Origin: an uncultured Myxococcales bacterium
Lineage (GTDB): Bacteria; Myxococcota; UBA4151
Assembly (NCBI GenBank): GCA_964013405.1
Contig: CAXGWI010000081.1
Span: forward strand, 1-15,993
Length of the DNA: 15,993 nt
Reading direction: 5' to 3'
In this document: positions 1 to 8,907 of the stretch, one piece after another
Layout of the letters: every line of letters begins with the position of its first letter
How positions within the stretch are numbered: the first letter of the stretch is position 1
The notes under the pieces: model-generated
Told to the model about the DNA's origin: nothing
Database searches by the model: none
Seen by the model: only the letters and a program-made list of their open reading frames with translations
Translations under genes and position numbers: made by a program

Positions 1-2
1 CG

Positions 3-488
3 GCTGAATTTCAGCCGGACGCTGAGGAGATCACTGCCTCCATGCACCTGCTGCACGACTTCGAAGACGATGGCGAAAAAGAGGTCCATCTGGGCGGGGA
101 ATTCATCTCGCTCAATCACTGGACGATGCACGCGAATGCGGGGTCGGCCGGCTTCAGCGAGGTTCCTTCGGCCGGAACCCATGCGCCAGGTGGTGGCGAG
201 ATCCCCTTTGATCTCGCCCAATGTGCTGCCTGTGGTGGCGCAGCCCTCGTGAAGATCAAAGGGAGCAAAAGGTGGCTTGTACCCCATGCCGACGGCCCAG
301 CAGCCGCATTGGCGAGGGTGCTCGAAACCGATCCTGCTGCGGATTGGTCGGCGCTGAGCGCTCACCTTGAAAATGCCTCGGCCACCGAACGGGACCGCGT
401 GCGGGCTCATTTCCTCGCCTTGGGTGATGGGACGCTCTCTGCCCAAGTGACCGAAGCCCTGGGCGCTGGGGAAGCCTCTGGCGAATAG
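3..488 (+). CDS. Hypothetical protein, probably the C-terminal part of a gene starting upstream of the window
   Basis: The frame of ORF 42..488 is open back to base 3 (AEFQPDAEEITAS precedes the Met at 42), so the true start may lie outside the window. It has one CxxC (CAAC) and an Ala-rich helical C-terminus. No family recognised. Stop TAG at 486-488. Confidence 0.6.
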   Translation, partial: AEFQPDAEEITASMHLLHDFEDDGEKEVHLGGEFISLNHWTMHANAGSAGFSEVPSAGTHAPGGGEIPFDLAQCAACGGAALVKIKGSKRWLVPHADGPAAALARVLETDPAADWSALSAHLENASATERDRVRAHFLALGDGTLSAQVTEALGAGEASGE

Positions 489-500
489 CTGGTCGTCGGC

Positions 501-1247
501 GTGGCGAGACCTCCACGGCGTTGCCCGCCCGAGTGGCTGATCGAAGCGGGATGCTTTGTCCCCGTGAACTTCGATTTGACTCGGCGCAGCGCTGTGCTCG
601 ACCGAGTCATCTCTTTGTTGCAGGCCATTCCATTTGATGAGCGCTGTCGCGTCTATCTGCGGGGCGGGATTTTAGAAGAGTGCGTGCCCCATCCCCAGGC
701 CGATGTGGATCTGGTGGTGGTGGGCCCTCGGGCGAAAAGCACCGATGCAGTCGAAGCGATTTCTGAACGGCTCGCAGCGTTGGGTCGGCCCATCGAGGCC
801 GTTCCCATCGAAGAAGGGGGCCTCCGAAGAGTCGCTCAACTGCGCATGCTGATTCAGTGTCGTTCGCTGCAACTCCACGGTGACCCCTTGAGCCTACCGC
901 CCCTGGCGGTGAACGATGCGCTGATCGATGGCTTGTGGCGGGTCTATTCGCCAACGCTCCTTGCTTCGACTTTGGAGGGGCACTTGCGCCATCGCCTGGT
1001 GAGCCTCAAGTATCTGTTGCGAGCGGTCGGTATCCTGGGGCTCTCGGAGGGGCGTTACTCCCGGGATCTCAGGACGTGCCTCGCCTGGAGTCAACGGTAT
1101 GTACCGGCGAGTTTTGGGGTGCTGGCGCAAGGGTTTGAGGACCTGGACCTGGACCGTCCAGCACCGCTTGATATCGGCCCAGTCATCCGGGAATTAGAAG
1201 CCGCTCGCTCCCGTCTGTTGCCCGCTGGCCCGCCGTCCCACCGTTGA
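501..1247 (+). CDS. Nucleotidyltransferase domain protein (DNA polymerase beta superfamily) with a helical C-terminal domain
   Basis: VYLRGG-x10-ADVDLVVV matches the hG[GS]x(9-13)DhD signature. A candidate third carboxylate lies in RPIEAV. The C-terminal part (KYLLRAVG...RYSRDLRTC) looks helical. GTG start 12 nt after the upstream stop. Confidence 0.72.
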   Translation: MARPPRRCPPEWLIEAGCFVPVNFDLTRRSAVLDRVISLLQAIPFDERCRVYLRGGILEECVPHPQADVDLVVVGPRAKSTDAVEAISERLAALGRPIEAVPIEEGGLRRVAQLRMLIQCRSLQLHGDPLSLPPLAVNDALIDGLWRVYSPTLLASTLEGHLRHRLVSLKYLLRAVGILGLSEGRYSRDLRTCLAWSQRYVPASFGVLAQGFEDLDLDRPAPLDIGPVIRELEAARSRLLPAGPPSHR

Positions 1248-1338
1248 AATTACGATGACAGGAGGCGGCTGGCCATTCTCTGTCCTTGACCGGAGGGGCC
1301 CGGTTGCGCAGTGAGTTCACCGCTCAGGAGAAGGAATT

Positions 1339-2529
1339 ATGCAGGAAGTTGTGATCGTCGCTGCGGCTCGGACGCCCATGGGCTCCTTTCAAGGGGCGCT
1401 GGCCAAGGTCCCCGCACCGGAATTGGGGAGCGTCGCCATTCGGGCCTGCTTGGCCCGTTCTGGGGTGGCACCGGATCAAGTGGATGAAGTCTATATGGGG
1501 ATGGTGTTGCCCGCAGGTGTGGGGCAAGCCCCCGCGCGCCAGGCGAGCCTCGGCGCTGAGATCCCTCGCTCCGTCCCCTGCACCACGGTGAACAAGGTCT
1601 GTGGCTCAGGCCTGAAGACGATCATGTTGGGTGCCAGCTCCATCGCGGCCGGCGAGAACGAGGTGGTGGTCGCCGGCGGCATGGAGAACATGTCCCTGGT
1701 GCCCTATCTGCTGCCGAAGGCTCGGGACGGCTACCGCATGGGCAACGGTCAGTTGGTCGATGGCATGGTTCACGACGGCCTGTGGGATCCTTACAACGAT
1801 TTCCATATGGGCAACGCCGGTGAACTCTGCGCGCGGGAATGCGATATCTCCCGGGAGCGCCAAGATGCTTTCGCCGCCGAGAGCTATCGCCGGGCCCAGG
1901 CCGCGGTCGAGGCGGGGGCCTTTAACGAAGAGATCGCCCCAGTCACCCTCCGCAGCCGTAAGGGTGAGAGCATCGTCGATACGGACGAAGAGCCCGGGCG
2001 CGGTCGGATCGACAAGCTCGGCGCTTTGCGGCCCGCCTTTCAACGGGAGGGCGGCACGGTCACGGCCGGCAATGCATCGACCCTCAACGACGGGGCTGCC
2101 GCCGTGATCCTCGCCTCGCGGGCGCGGGCTGAAGAAGAGGGCTGGAAGATTCTCGCCACCGTGACGGGGCAAGGGGGCTTCGCTCACGACCCAGAATGGT
2201 TCACCACCGCGCCTGAGGGCGCGGTCCGAGCCGCTTGTGCCAGAGCGGGCCTTGAGCCCACCGAGGTCGATCTCCACGAGATCAATGAGGCGTTCTCCCT
2301 CGTGGCGCTGGTGAACATGGACAAACTGGGCCTGGGTCACGAGCGGGTGAACGTGCGCGGTGGTGCCGTGGCCTTGGGTCATCCCATCGGTTGTTCCGGA
2401 GCTCGTTTGATCGTGACCTTGCTCCATGCCTTGAAAGACGAAGGTAAATCCACGGGCTGTGCCAGTCTGTGCATCGGCGGCGGCGAAGCGGTCGCCATGG
2501 TGGTCAAGAGAGAGGAGCAGTGGACATGA
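1339..2529 (+). CDS. atoB: Acetyl-CoA C-acetyltransferase (thiolase II type)
   Basis: Motifs RTPMG, NKVCGSG (nucleophile Cys), [27 protein letters not shown] and LCIGGG (second Cys). AGGAGAAGGA SD-like sequence just upstream of the ATG. Confidence 0.96.
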   Translation: MQEVVIVAAARTPMGSFQGALAKVPAPELGSVAIRACLARSGVAPDQVDEVYMGMVLPAGVGQAPARQASLGAEIPRSVPCTTVNKVCGSGLKTIMLGASSIAAGENEVVVAGGMENMSLVPYLLPKARDGYRMGNGQLVDGMVHDGLWDPYNDFHMGNAGELCARECDISRERQDAFAAESYRRAQAAVEAGAFNEEIAPVTLRSRKGESIVDTDEEPGRGRIDKLGALRPAFQREGGTVTAGNASTLNDGAAAVILASRARAEEEGWKILATVTGQGGFAHDPEWFTTAPEGAVRAACARAGLEPTEVDLHEINEAFSLVALVNMDKLGLGHERVNVRGGAVALGHPIGCSGARLIVTLLHALKDEGKSTGCASLCIGGGEAVAMVVKREEQWT

Positions 2530-3383
2530 GTATCGACACACTCGGCGTCGTGGGCGCCGGTCAGATGGGGGCAGGCATCGCCCAAGTCGCAGCGAGCGTT
2601 GGACTCAACGTGATTTGCAGCGACATTAGCCAAGAAGCCTGTGACCGAGGTCGGGCGGCCATCGCCAAGAGCCTCGGGCGCTTGGTCAAAAAGGAGCGAA
2701 TGAGCCAGGAGGACGCGGATGCTGCCCTGGCCCGAGTTCGATTCTCGACGGAACTCGCCGTCATGGCGGATGCAGATTTCGTGGTGGAAGCCGCTACAGA
2801 AAACGAGGGCTTGAAGGCGAAGATTTTCGCCGATCTCGATGGCATCTGTGCCCCCGGTGTGATCCTTGCGAGTAACACCAGCTCCATCAGCATCACCCGC
2901 ATCGGTGCTGCAACGCGCCGGCCCGAGAAGGTCGTGGGTATGCACTTTATGAACCCGGTCCCCATCATGAAATTGGTGGAGTTGATCTCGGGGATCGCCA
3001 CCAGCGAGGAGACGGCGGCAACGACCCAGGCCCTGGCTGAGCGCTTGGGGAAAACGGTCAGTCACTCCAAGGACTATCCCGGCTTCGTCGTGAACCGGAT
3101 CCTTATGCCGATGATCAATGAGGCCTTCTACGCCTTGTACGAGGGCATCGGCAGCGCTGAAGACATCGACACGGGCATGACCCTTGGGACCAACCAGCCC
3201 ATGGGGCCTTTGACCCTCGCCGACTTTATCGGCCTCGACACCTGCCTCGCCATCATGCGGGTCCTCCATGAGGGCCTCGGCGATGCCAAGTACCGGCCCT
3301 GCCCCTTGCTGATTCAGTACGTGGACGCGGGGTGGTACGGCCGCAAGAGCGGTCGGGGCGTCTACGACTACTCGGAGGCCTGA
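2526..3383 (+). CDS. hbd: 3-hydroxybutyryl-CoA dehydrogenase
   Basis: Rossmann motif GVVGAGQMG, plus EAATEN, SNTSS, GMHFMNP (catalytic His), [14 protein letters not shown] and GRKSG. The start is moved from 2469 to ATG 2526, which overlaps the thiolase stop (ATGA) and follows GAGGAG. Confidence 0.95.
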   Translation: MSIDTLGVVGAGQMGAGIAQVAASVGLNVICSDISQEACDRGRAAIAKSLGRLVKKERMSQEDADAALARVRFSTELAVMADADFVVEAATENEGLKAKIFADLDGICAPGVILASNTSSISITRIGAATRRPEKVVGMHFMNPVPIMKLVELISGIATSEETAATTQALAERLGKTVSHSKDYPGFVVNRILMPMINEAFYALYEGIGSAEDIDTGMTLGTNQPMGPLTLADFIGLDTCLAIMRVLHEGLGDAKYRPCPLLIQYVDAGWYGRKSGRGVYDYSEA

Positions 3384-3386
3384 GCC

Positions 3387-4160
3387 ATGACAGTGGATTT
3401 GCAGATCGACGGCGCCGTTGCCACCCTGACCATCAACCGGCCCGAAGCCATGAATGCCCTCAACGCCGAGGTCCTCTCGGCTTTGGATCAGCACATTCGT
3501 CGGGTGGACGAGGACGCCTCGATTCGGGTGGCGGTCCTGACCGGCGCCGGTGGGAAGGCTTTTGTGGCTGGCGCGGACATTAAGGCGATGCAGGGGATGA
3601 AGCCGGAAACCGCCCGATCCTTCAGCGAACTGGGGCATCGGGTTTTTGCTCGCATGGAATCCAGCGGGACCGTCTTCATCGCTGCCGTCGAAGGCTATTG
3701 CTTGGGCGGGGGCTGCGAGTTGGCCCTCGCTTGCGATTGGATCAACGCCAGTGGGAAATCCACCTTTGGCCAGCCCGAGGTGAACTTGGGTCTGGTGCCG
3801 GGCTTCGGCGGCACCATTCGCCTGGCCCGCAAGGTGGGCCAGGCTCGGGCGCTGCAATATTGTAGCACTGCCGAGTTCGTTCGCGGTGAAGAGGCGCTGC
3901 GCGTTGGGCTGGTCAATGCCCTGTACGAGCCCGGTGAAGTGCTGACGAAGACCCAGGAGCAGGCTCAGGGCATTGCGAGCAAGGGGCCCCTCGCTGTGGC
4001 CAACTGTAAGCGCTTGATTCGGGCGGGTCTGGATTTACCCCAAGAGCGGGGCAACGCCATGGAGCAACAGGCCTTTGGCCTGATGTTCGGCACGGCCGAT
4101 GGGCAAGAAGGCATGAACGCCTATGCCGAAAAGCGCGCTGCGGAGTTCAAAGGTGAGTAA
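3387..4160 (+). CDS. crt: Enoyl-CoA hydratase (crotonase)
   Basis: INRPEAMNAL, AFVAGADI, LGGGCE and GQPEVNLGLVPGFGG; both catalytic Glu are present. Starts 3 nt after the hbd stop. Confidence 0.93.
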   Translation: MTVDLQIDGAVATLTINRPEAMNALNAEVLSALDQHIRRVDEDASIRVAVLTGAGGKAFVAGADIKAMQGMKPETARSFSELGHRVFARMESSGTVFIAAVEGYCLGGGCELALACDWINASGKSTFGQPEVNLGLVPGFGGTIRLARKVGQARALQYCSTAEFVRGEEALRVGLVNALYEPGEVLTKTQEQAQGIASKGPLAVANCKRLIRAGLDLPQERGNAMEQQAFGLMFGTADGQEGMNAYAEKRAAEFKGE

Positions 4161-4479
4161 GCCAGAGCTCCCCTGTCTCGATGAAGGGCAGGATGGTGGT
4201 CTATCGGAAGCGCTGGCATCGAGTCGGGAGCGGGCTGGCCTTGCCCAAGCGGTGGTGCGCCGTTCGGAGACCGCAAAACAGGATGTGGACGAGGAATTGG
4301 TCGCCGTGCCGAAAGGGCAGGATTTGCTGCGGTTGGAGCGGCAGTTGGTGAACTTTCAAGCCGACTTCATGGACGTGTTACGCCGTTTACAAGATGTCGA
4401 AGTGGCCGTCCGTAGCCTTCGGGCTGAACTCCAGGCCGATCGGGATCGTTCGGTCGCTGGCGAGGACGCGGCAAGATAG
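4153..4479 (+). CDS. Small hypothetical protein with a predicted C-terminal coiled coil
   Basis: A likely GTG start at 4153 overlaps the crt stop (GTGAGTAA), with GGAG at 4142-4145. Heptad-like segment LLRLERQLVNFQADFMDVLRRLQDVEVAVRSLRAEL. It fills the gap between flanking + strand genes. Confidence 0.55.
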   Translation: MSKPELPCLDEGQDGGLSEALASSRERAGLAQAVVRRSETAKQDVDEELVAVPKGQDLLRLERQLVNFQADFMDVLRRLQDVEVAVRSLRAELQADRDRSVAGEDAAR

Positions 4480-4572
4480 TCCGCTTGCGCCCACCAGGTT
4501 TTGGGGCAGAGTAACCCCCGTGTGAATGTGGGCCCTCCTCGGGCGTATCAGCCCTGCCCTCGGAAAGGGGAA

Positions 4573-5538
4573 ATGATGATCCGAACTGCGCTATGTATTT
4601 TGGCGATGACCGGTGTCGCTGGCTGTGAGAGCAGTATTGCAGGCAACGAGGGCCAACTTCGTTTTGCCTATGACAGTGACGACGACGTCTTCAATTTCAA
4701 TAAGCCGATTGCCGTCGGGGCTGCGCTTGATCTGCGGGTTGCCGACTTCGCGGACCAACTCGATGCGGTGGTGGTCGCCGCCTCGACCAAAGATACCGAC
4801 GTTCTTGAGGTCCTTGAGTTCTCAGGCAATACGGTCACGTTGATCGGTACGGGCGAGGGAAGCACGTTGGTGAAAGTGTCGGCCAACGACCACCGGGGCA
4901 TTGAGTTGGACGACTCGGTCAACATGATGGCCCGCCAGGTCGAGGTCTTGAGAATGAACCACACGTGTACCGATGATGTGGAGGGGCACTACCTCGCAGG
5001 TCAGCGAATTGTGGTGCCTTTCGAGCTGGAACTCAACAGCGGCAATCCGCTCATCGGCTATGGGTTCTATCCGGTCACCGACGAGCCAGCGGGGCGAATC
5101 TCCATCGATCGAAGCCGCAACCAGCAGGAGTTCATGACCATCGATACGGGCTCAAGAACGGGGACCGTCTCCCTGCTGTCGGATGTGGACGCGACTCGGC
5201 TCGATGTCACCGTTGTACGGGAGTCTGACATCGATGGGGCCACCTTACCCTTTGGCGCACCCAGCAGCATTCGGGCCGGGACTTCGGCCTTCCTGTGGGT
5301 CCTGCCAACGGCCAATGGCAGGCCGATTTGTCAGGCGATCACCCGCAAGTCGGCCGAGAGTCTCACCCCCGACGTGTGTACGGTCATGGATGCAGAAGGC
5401 CTGTCCGATGAGGAAGGTGGCGGGCGCCACGAGTCGGGCTGGATCGAAGTCGAAGGGCACCAGAGCGGGACCTGTCAGTACCGTGTCAGCTACCCCGCTT
5501 CGGGGGCAGAAACCGATCTGACGGTACAAATCCGCTAG
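4573..5538 (+). CDS. Putative lipoprotein, beta-rich (possibly tandem Ig-like folds), function unknown
   Basis: From ATG 4573 (after AAGGGG): MMIRTALCILAMTGVAG-C is a signal peptide with lipobox VAGC. The mature part is acidic with alternating beta-strand patterns and four further Cys. Confidence 0.75.
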   Translation: MMIRTALCILAMTGVAGCESSIAGNEGQLRFAYDSDDDVFNFNKPIAVGAALDLRVADFADQLDAVVVAASTKDTDVLEVLEFSGNTVTLIGTGEGSTLVKVSANDHRGIELDDSVNMMARQVEVLRMNHTCTDDVEGHYLAGQRIVVPFELELNSGNPLIGYGFYPVTDEPAGRISIDRSRNQQEFMTIDTGSRTGTVSLLSDVDATRLDVTVVRESDIDGATLPFGAPSSIRAGTSAFLWVLPTANGRPICQAITRKSAESLTPDVCTVMDAEGLSDEEGGGRHESGWIEVEGHQSGTCQYRVSYPASGAETDLTVQIR

Positions 5539-5562
5539 TCCAAGGGCTGGGCTATCGGACGA

Positions 5563-5592
5563 TTGCCGGGCCAGTCATCGCCGTCGTAGATT
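5563..5592 (+). promoter_or_regulatory. Putative sigma70-type promoter for the acyl-CoA dehydrogenase genes
   Basis: TTGCCG (5563-5568), 18 nt spacer, TAGATT (5587-5592), inside a 99-nt intergenic gap. Confidence 0.45.
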
Positions 5593-5637
5593 TTCGCTCC
5601 AAGCTCCGTTAATTCCCTGCTCCGCAGGGAGGCGCGA

Positions 5638-6789
5638 GTGGACTTTAATCTCGACGAGACCCAGGAGATGTTCCGGGAGGCTTGCGCCCAACTGGCCGAC
5701 ACCCAGCTCGCACCCAATGCGGGTGATTGGGATCAGCGACACGAGTACCCGGCCGAGGCGGTCGCCCAGATGGCCGAGCTCGGGCTTATGGGCGTCGCAG
5801 TGCCCGAGGCGGACGGCGGCAGCGGTGCTGACAACGTCGCCTATGTGATCGCCATGGAGGAGATCAGTCGGGGCTGTGCCAGTTGCGGCGTCATCATGTC
5901 GGTGAACAACTCCCTCTACTGTGACCCGGTGCGGCGCTACGCCACCGAGGCTCAAAAAGCCGAATGGCTGGTCCCTTATGCCAGTGGCGAAAAGCTCGGC
6001 GCCTTTGGTTTGACCGAGCCTGGCAACGGTTCGGATGCTGCAGGCATGCGTACCGTTGCTCATCTCGAGGGCGATGAATGGGTCCTTAATGGAACGAAAG
6101 CCTGGATTACCAACGCCTACGAAGCCGACGGTTTCATCGTCTTTGCGACCTCCGATCGAGGGGCCGGTCATCGGGGGGTGAGTGCCTTTCTCGTGCCGGC
6201 GGGCCAGCCGGGATTTAGTCTGGGTAAGAAGGAAGACAAACTGGGGATTCGGGCCAGTTCCACGGCCCAGTTGATTTTTGAAAACTGCCGGGTCCCGAGG
6301 GGGAACCTGCTCGGTGAGCCGGGTGATGGCTTTAAGGTTGCCTTGAGTACTCTTGATGGTGGGCGAATCGGGATTGCGGCCCAGGCGCTCGGAATCGCCC
6401 GAGCCGCGTACGAGGCGGCCCTCGCCTATGCGAAAGAGCGGGAGGCCTTCGGTCGTCCCATCTCTCGTTTCCAGTCGATCCAATGGAAGCTGGCTGACAT
6501 GGCGACCCGGATCGATGCGGCCCGCCTCCTCACCCACAAGGCGGCCAGTCGCAAGGACCGAGGCCTCCCATATGGCAAGTACAGCGCCATGGCCAAGCTC
6601 TACGCCAGCGAGACGGCGATGTGGGTGACCACCCAAGCGATTCAGGTGTTCGGTGGCAATGGCTACGTCACCGAGTATCCGGTCGAACGTCACTTTCGGG
6701 ATGCGAAGATCACTGAAATCTATGAGGGGACCTCGGAGATTCAGCGCATTGTCGTCGCTCGAGACGTGATGGGGGAGCACGCGAACTGA
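5638..6789 (+). CDS. bcd: Acyl-CoA dehydrogenase, short-chain/butyryl-CoA type
   Basis: AFGLTEPGNGSDA, NGTKAWITN, KLGIRAS, LDGGRIGIAAQALG, SAMAKL, QVFGGNGY and KITEIYEGTSEIQR (catalytic Glu). GTG start with GGGAGG SD. Confidence 0.93.
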   Translation: MDFNLDETQEMFREACAQLADTQLAPNAGDWDQRHEYPAEAVAQMAELGLMGVAVPEADGGSGADNVAYVIAMEEISRGCASCGVIMSVNNSLYCDPVRRYATEAQKAEWLVPYASGEKLGAFGLTEPGNGSDAAGMRTVAHLEGDEWVLNGTKAWITNAYEADGFIVFATSDRGAGHRGVSAFLVPAGQPGFSLGKKEDKLGIRASSTAQLIFENCRVPRGNLLGEPGDGFKVALSTLDGGRIGIAAQALGIARAAYEAALAYAKEREAFGRPISRFQSIQWKLADMATRIDAARLLTHKAASRKDRGLPYGKYSAMAKLYASETAMWVTTQAIQVFGGNGYVTEYPVERHFRDAKITEIYEGTSEIQRIVVARDVMGEHAN

Positions 6790-7928
6790 TGGACTTCCAA
6801 CTCACTGAAGAACAGCAGACGATCGAGGACCACGCGCGGGAGTTTGCCCAGCGGGTGATCGCACCGGGGGCTGCTCACCGGGATGAGACATCGAGCTTTG
6901 ATCGGCAGCTGTTGAGCGATCTAGCGGAGAATGGGTTTCTCGGGATGTTGGTTCCGGAGACCTACGGGGGTGTGGCGATGGGCTACACCAACTATGTCTT
7001 GGTGAACCGGCAGTTAGCCACCGCCTGTGCGTCGACCGCGGTGATCACCGGTGTTTGCAATCTGACCGCCAGCGCCGTCGATCAGTTTGGCTCCGAAGCT
7101 CTGAAAGCGGAGGTGCTGCCCGAGATCTGCGCGGCCAAAGACAATCTAGCTGCCGCATTTTGTTTGAGTGAACCCCACTGCGGCAGTGATGCCGCGGCCT
7201 TGAAGGCAAGCGCTCGGCGGGAGGGCGATGATTACGTCCTCAATGGCACCAAGCAATGGATCACCAACGGCGCGATGAGCGGCTGGTATTTGGTGATGGC
7301 CCGGACAGGTCCTGGCGCCGGTGGGATCAGCGCGTTCATGGTCCCCGCAGGGACCCCCGGCCTGGTGATCGGGAAGAAAGAAGACAAGATGGGTCAACGG
7401 GGCTCAGACACGGTCCAAGTGATTCTCGAGAATTGTCGTGTGCCGGCCCGGCTTCGAGTCGGTGAGGAAGGCATTGGCTTTCGCATTGCGATGACGGCCC
7501 TCGACGGTGGGCGTATCGGCATCGGTGCCCTCTCCCTCGGGGTGGGGACGGCGGCCCTCAACGAGGCGCTGACCTATCTCGCAGAGCGGGAGGCCTTCGG
7601 TAAGCCCCTCGGGCGGCTCCAGGCCCTCCAGAACATGGTCGCGGACATCGCCACCGAGTTGGAAGCCGCATGGCTCCTGACCCTACGGGCCGCCCTGATG
7701 AAGGATGCGGGGCAATCGGTGACGAAGGAGGCTTCCATGGCGAAGGTCTTCTCCAGCGAAGCTTGCGCTAAAGCTGTCGATTTGAGCCTGCAAATCCACG
7801 GCGGCTACGGTTACGTGAAGGAATATCCCATAGAACGCTTATATCGAGATGCGCGGGTGACCCGGATCTACGAAGGAGCGAGCGAGATCCAGCGGGTTGT
7901 CATCGCTCGGGAGGTTTTGGGCTCTTGA
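6789..7928 (+). CDS. Acyl-CoA dehydrogenase, second paralog (short/branched-chain type)
   Basis: FCLSEPHCGSDA, NGTKQWITNG, KMGQRGS, LDGGRIGIG, QIHGGYGY and RIYEGASEIQR. TGATG overlap with the first ACAD. Confidence 0.93.
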   Translation: MDFQLTEEQQTIEDHAREFAQRVIAPGAAHRDETSSFDRQLLSDLAENGFLGMLVPETYGGVAMGYTNYVLVNRQLATACASTAVITGVCNLTASAVDQFGSEALKAEVLPEICAAKDNLAAAFCLSEPHCGSDAAALKASARREGDDYVLNGTKQWITNGAMSGWYLVMARTGPGAGGISAFMVPAGTPGLVIGKKEDKMGQRGSDTVQVILENCRVPARLRVGEEGIGFRIAMTALDGGRIGIGALSLGVGTAALNEALTYLAEREAFGKPLGRLQALQNMVADIATELEAAWLLTLRAALMKDAGQSVTKEASMAKVFSSEACAKAVDLSLQIHGGYGYVKEYPIERLYRDARVTRIYEGASEIQRVVIAREVLGS

Positions 7929-8224
7929 AGATCAGTCATCAATACCCCGATCTCAGCCATGAAGAACTGTTGCGCCGCTTCAAGGCTCGCGTCGACACGT
8001 TGCTGGGGCGCTATAGCGAGTTTATCTCCGACAGGCACTGGGTTGATAACACCCATCTAAAGGGTTCAGGCCGGGGGGTTAAAGCCGACCTCAAGGTCAT
8101 CGGCCAGCGCATCGATGTGGAAGTGAAGTTGCCCTTCCTGCTCTCGGCCTTCCGAGGGAAAGTAGAGGCGGTGGTTCGTCGGCAGTTGCTGCGACTTGAG
8201 GAAGACGAGTCAGCGGAAGCCTAG
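7925..8224 (+). CDS. Putative polyhydroxyalkanoic acid system protein (PHA_gran_rgn-like)
   Basis: About 100 aa, with the pattern helix, W-containing turn, GxGxGVxxxLxV, then IDVEVKLPFLLSAFRGKVE, which I recall as typical of this family. The TTG start overlaps the ACAD stop (TTGA). Confidence 0.7.
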   Translation: MKISHQYPDLSHEELLRRFKARVDTLLGRYSEFISDRHWVDNTHLKGSGRGVKADLKVIGQRIDVEVKLPFLLSAFRGKVEAVVRRQLLRLEEDESAEA

Positions 8225-8244
8225 CCGGCCGGGGTGAATCGGCC

Positions 8245-8907
8245 CTAGTGGCTAAAGTTAAACCAGCCATGGGCACCCAATTGCACCAGTCGGGCCCGGA
8301 ACCGCTTTGTCTGCGGCCGACCATCGATGCGCATCTCCATCGCAACGTCGATGCGGGCCCAGCGCAGGTCGGGGCTCGGCTCGCAGGCATCTCCCTTGGA
8401 GAAGAAGCCTTGGGCTGCTCGGAGTTGCTCGACGTGTTTCAGTGTGCAGGAGAGCATCTCAACGCCTTTGGGTAAGCCTGCATTAAGATTCTGACTCATT
8501 CGGCCCAGCCCCCGGCGGGTGTATTCGCCAGCCGAACAGCTCATCGGTGGGCGCCCCGCCTTTTTCGCCACGGCCCCGCAGGCAAAGATCCTCGATGCAC
8601 AGCGGAAGTGATCGTCGGCCAGTTGAGTGGGGGCATAGAAGCGATGAATGAAATTCGCCGGATCACCGCGCATTGCGTCACAAAATGAGGAACCGGCGGC
8701 TTCGGGGGAGGGAAAGCCCAGCGCGTCCGGGGCCACGGCTAGGGGCTTCGGCGCGGCGGGGAGGATCGGCCCGACTTGGGCCTGCAATCCTGTGGTCGGT
8801 GCCTTGGTGACCGGGTTCTCGCTCACCACTGGGGGCTCGGGTTTCGTTTGTCCAGCAGCGCAAGCGAGCCCCAAGAGCAGGGGGGCCAAGATCAGTCGTC
8901 GCGTCAT
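8245..8907 (-). CDS. Putative lipoprotein of unknown function
   Basis: MTRRLILAPLLLGLA-C gives a basic N-region, hydrophobic core and lipobox-like Cys. A Pro-rich linker precedes a domain with six further Cys. ATGA overlap with the histidine kinase stop. Confidence 0.7.
   Translation of the reverse strand: MTRRLILAPLLLGLACAAGQTKPEPPVVSENPVTKAPTTGLQAQVGPILPAAPKPLAVAPDALGFPSPEAAGSSFCDAMRGDPANFIHRFYAPTQLADDHFRCASRIFACGAVAKKAGRPPMSCSAGEYTRRGLGRMSQNLNAGLPKGVEMLSCTLKHVEQLRAAQGFFSKGDACEPSPDLRWARIDVAMEMRIDGRPQTKRFRARLVQLGAHGWFNFSH

Noticed and set aside
1248..1338. TTGACC hexamer and GTGA-gt-TCAC palindrome upstream of the thiolase
   Set aside because: No acceptable -10 at 16-18 nt, and the palindrome spacing does not fit CRP/FNR sites; too weak to call.
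2469..2525. N-terminal extensions of hbd (from 2469), the lipoprotein (from 4501) and the last gene (from 14614)
   Set aside because: Downstream starts have better SD, overlap or signal-peptide context.
2379..3857. 492-aa antisense ORF over hbd/crt
   Set aside because: Shadow ORF opposite well-conserved genes; expected from GC-rich codon bias and has no recognisable motifs.
4480..4572. Several short stems in the lipoprotein leader, considered as a riboswitch
   Set aside because: The stems are only about 4 bp in GC-rich DNA and match no riboswitch consensus I recognise.
5575..6780. 401-aa antisense ORF over the first ACAD, and similarly 1606..2541 over the thiolase
   Set aside because: Antisense shadows of conserved enzymes with no independent evidence.
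6435..7601. Identical 19-mer AGAGCGGGAGGCCTTCGGT at 6435-6453 and 7583-7601
   Set aside because: Both copies encode the conserved EREAFG motif at equivalent positions of the two ACAD paralogs; not a mobile or CRISPR repeat.
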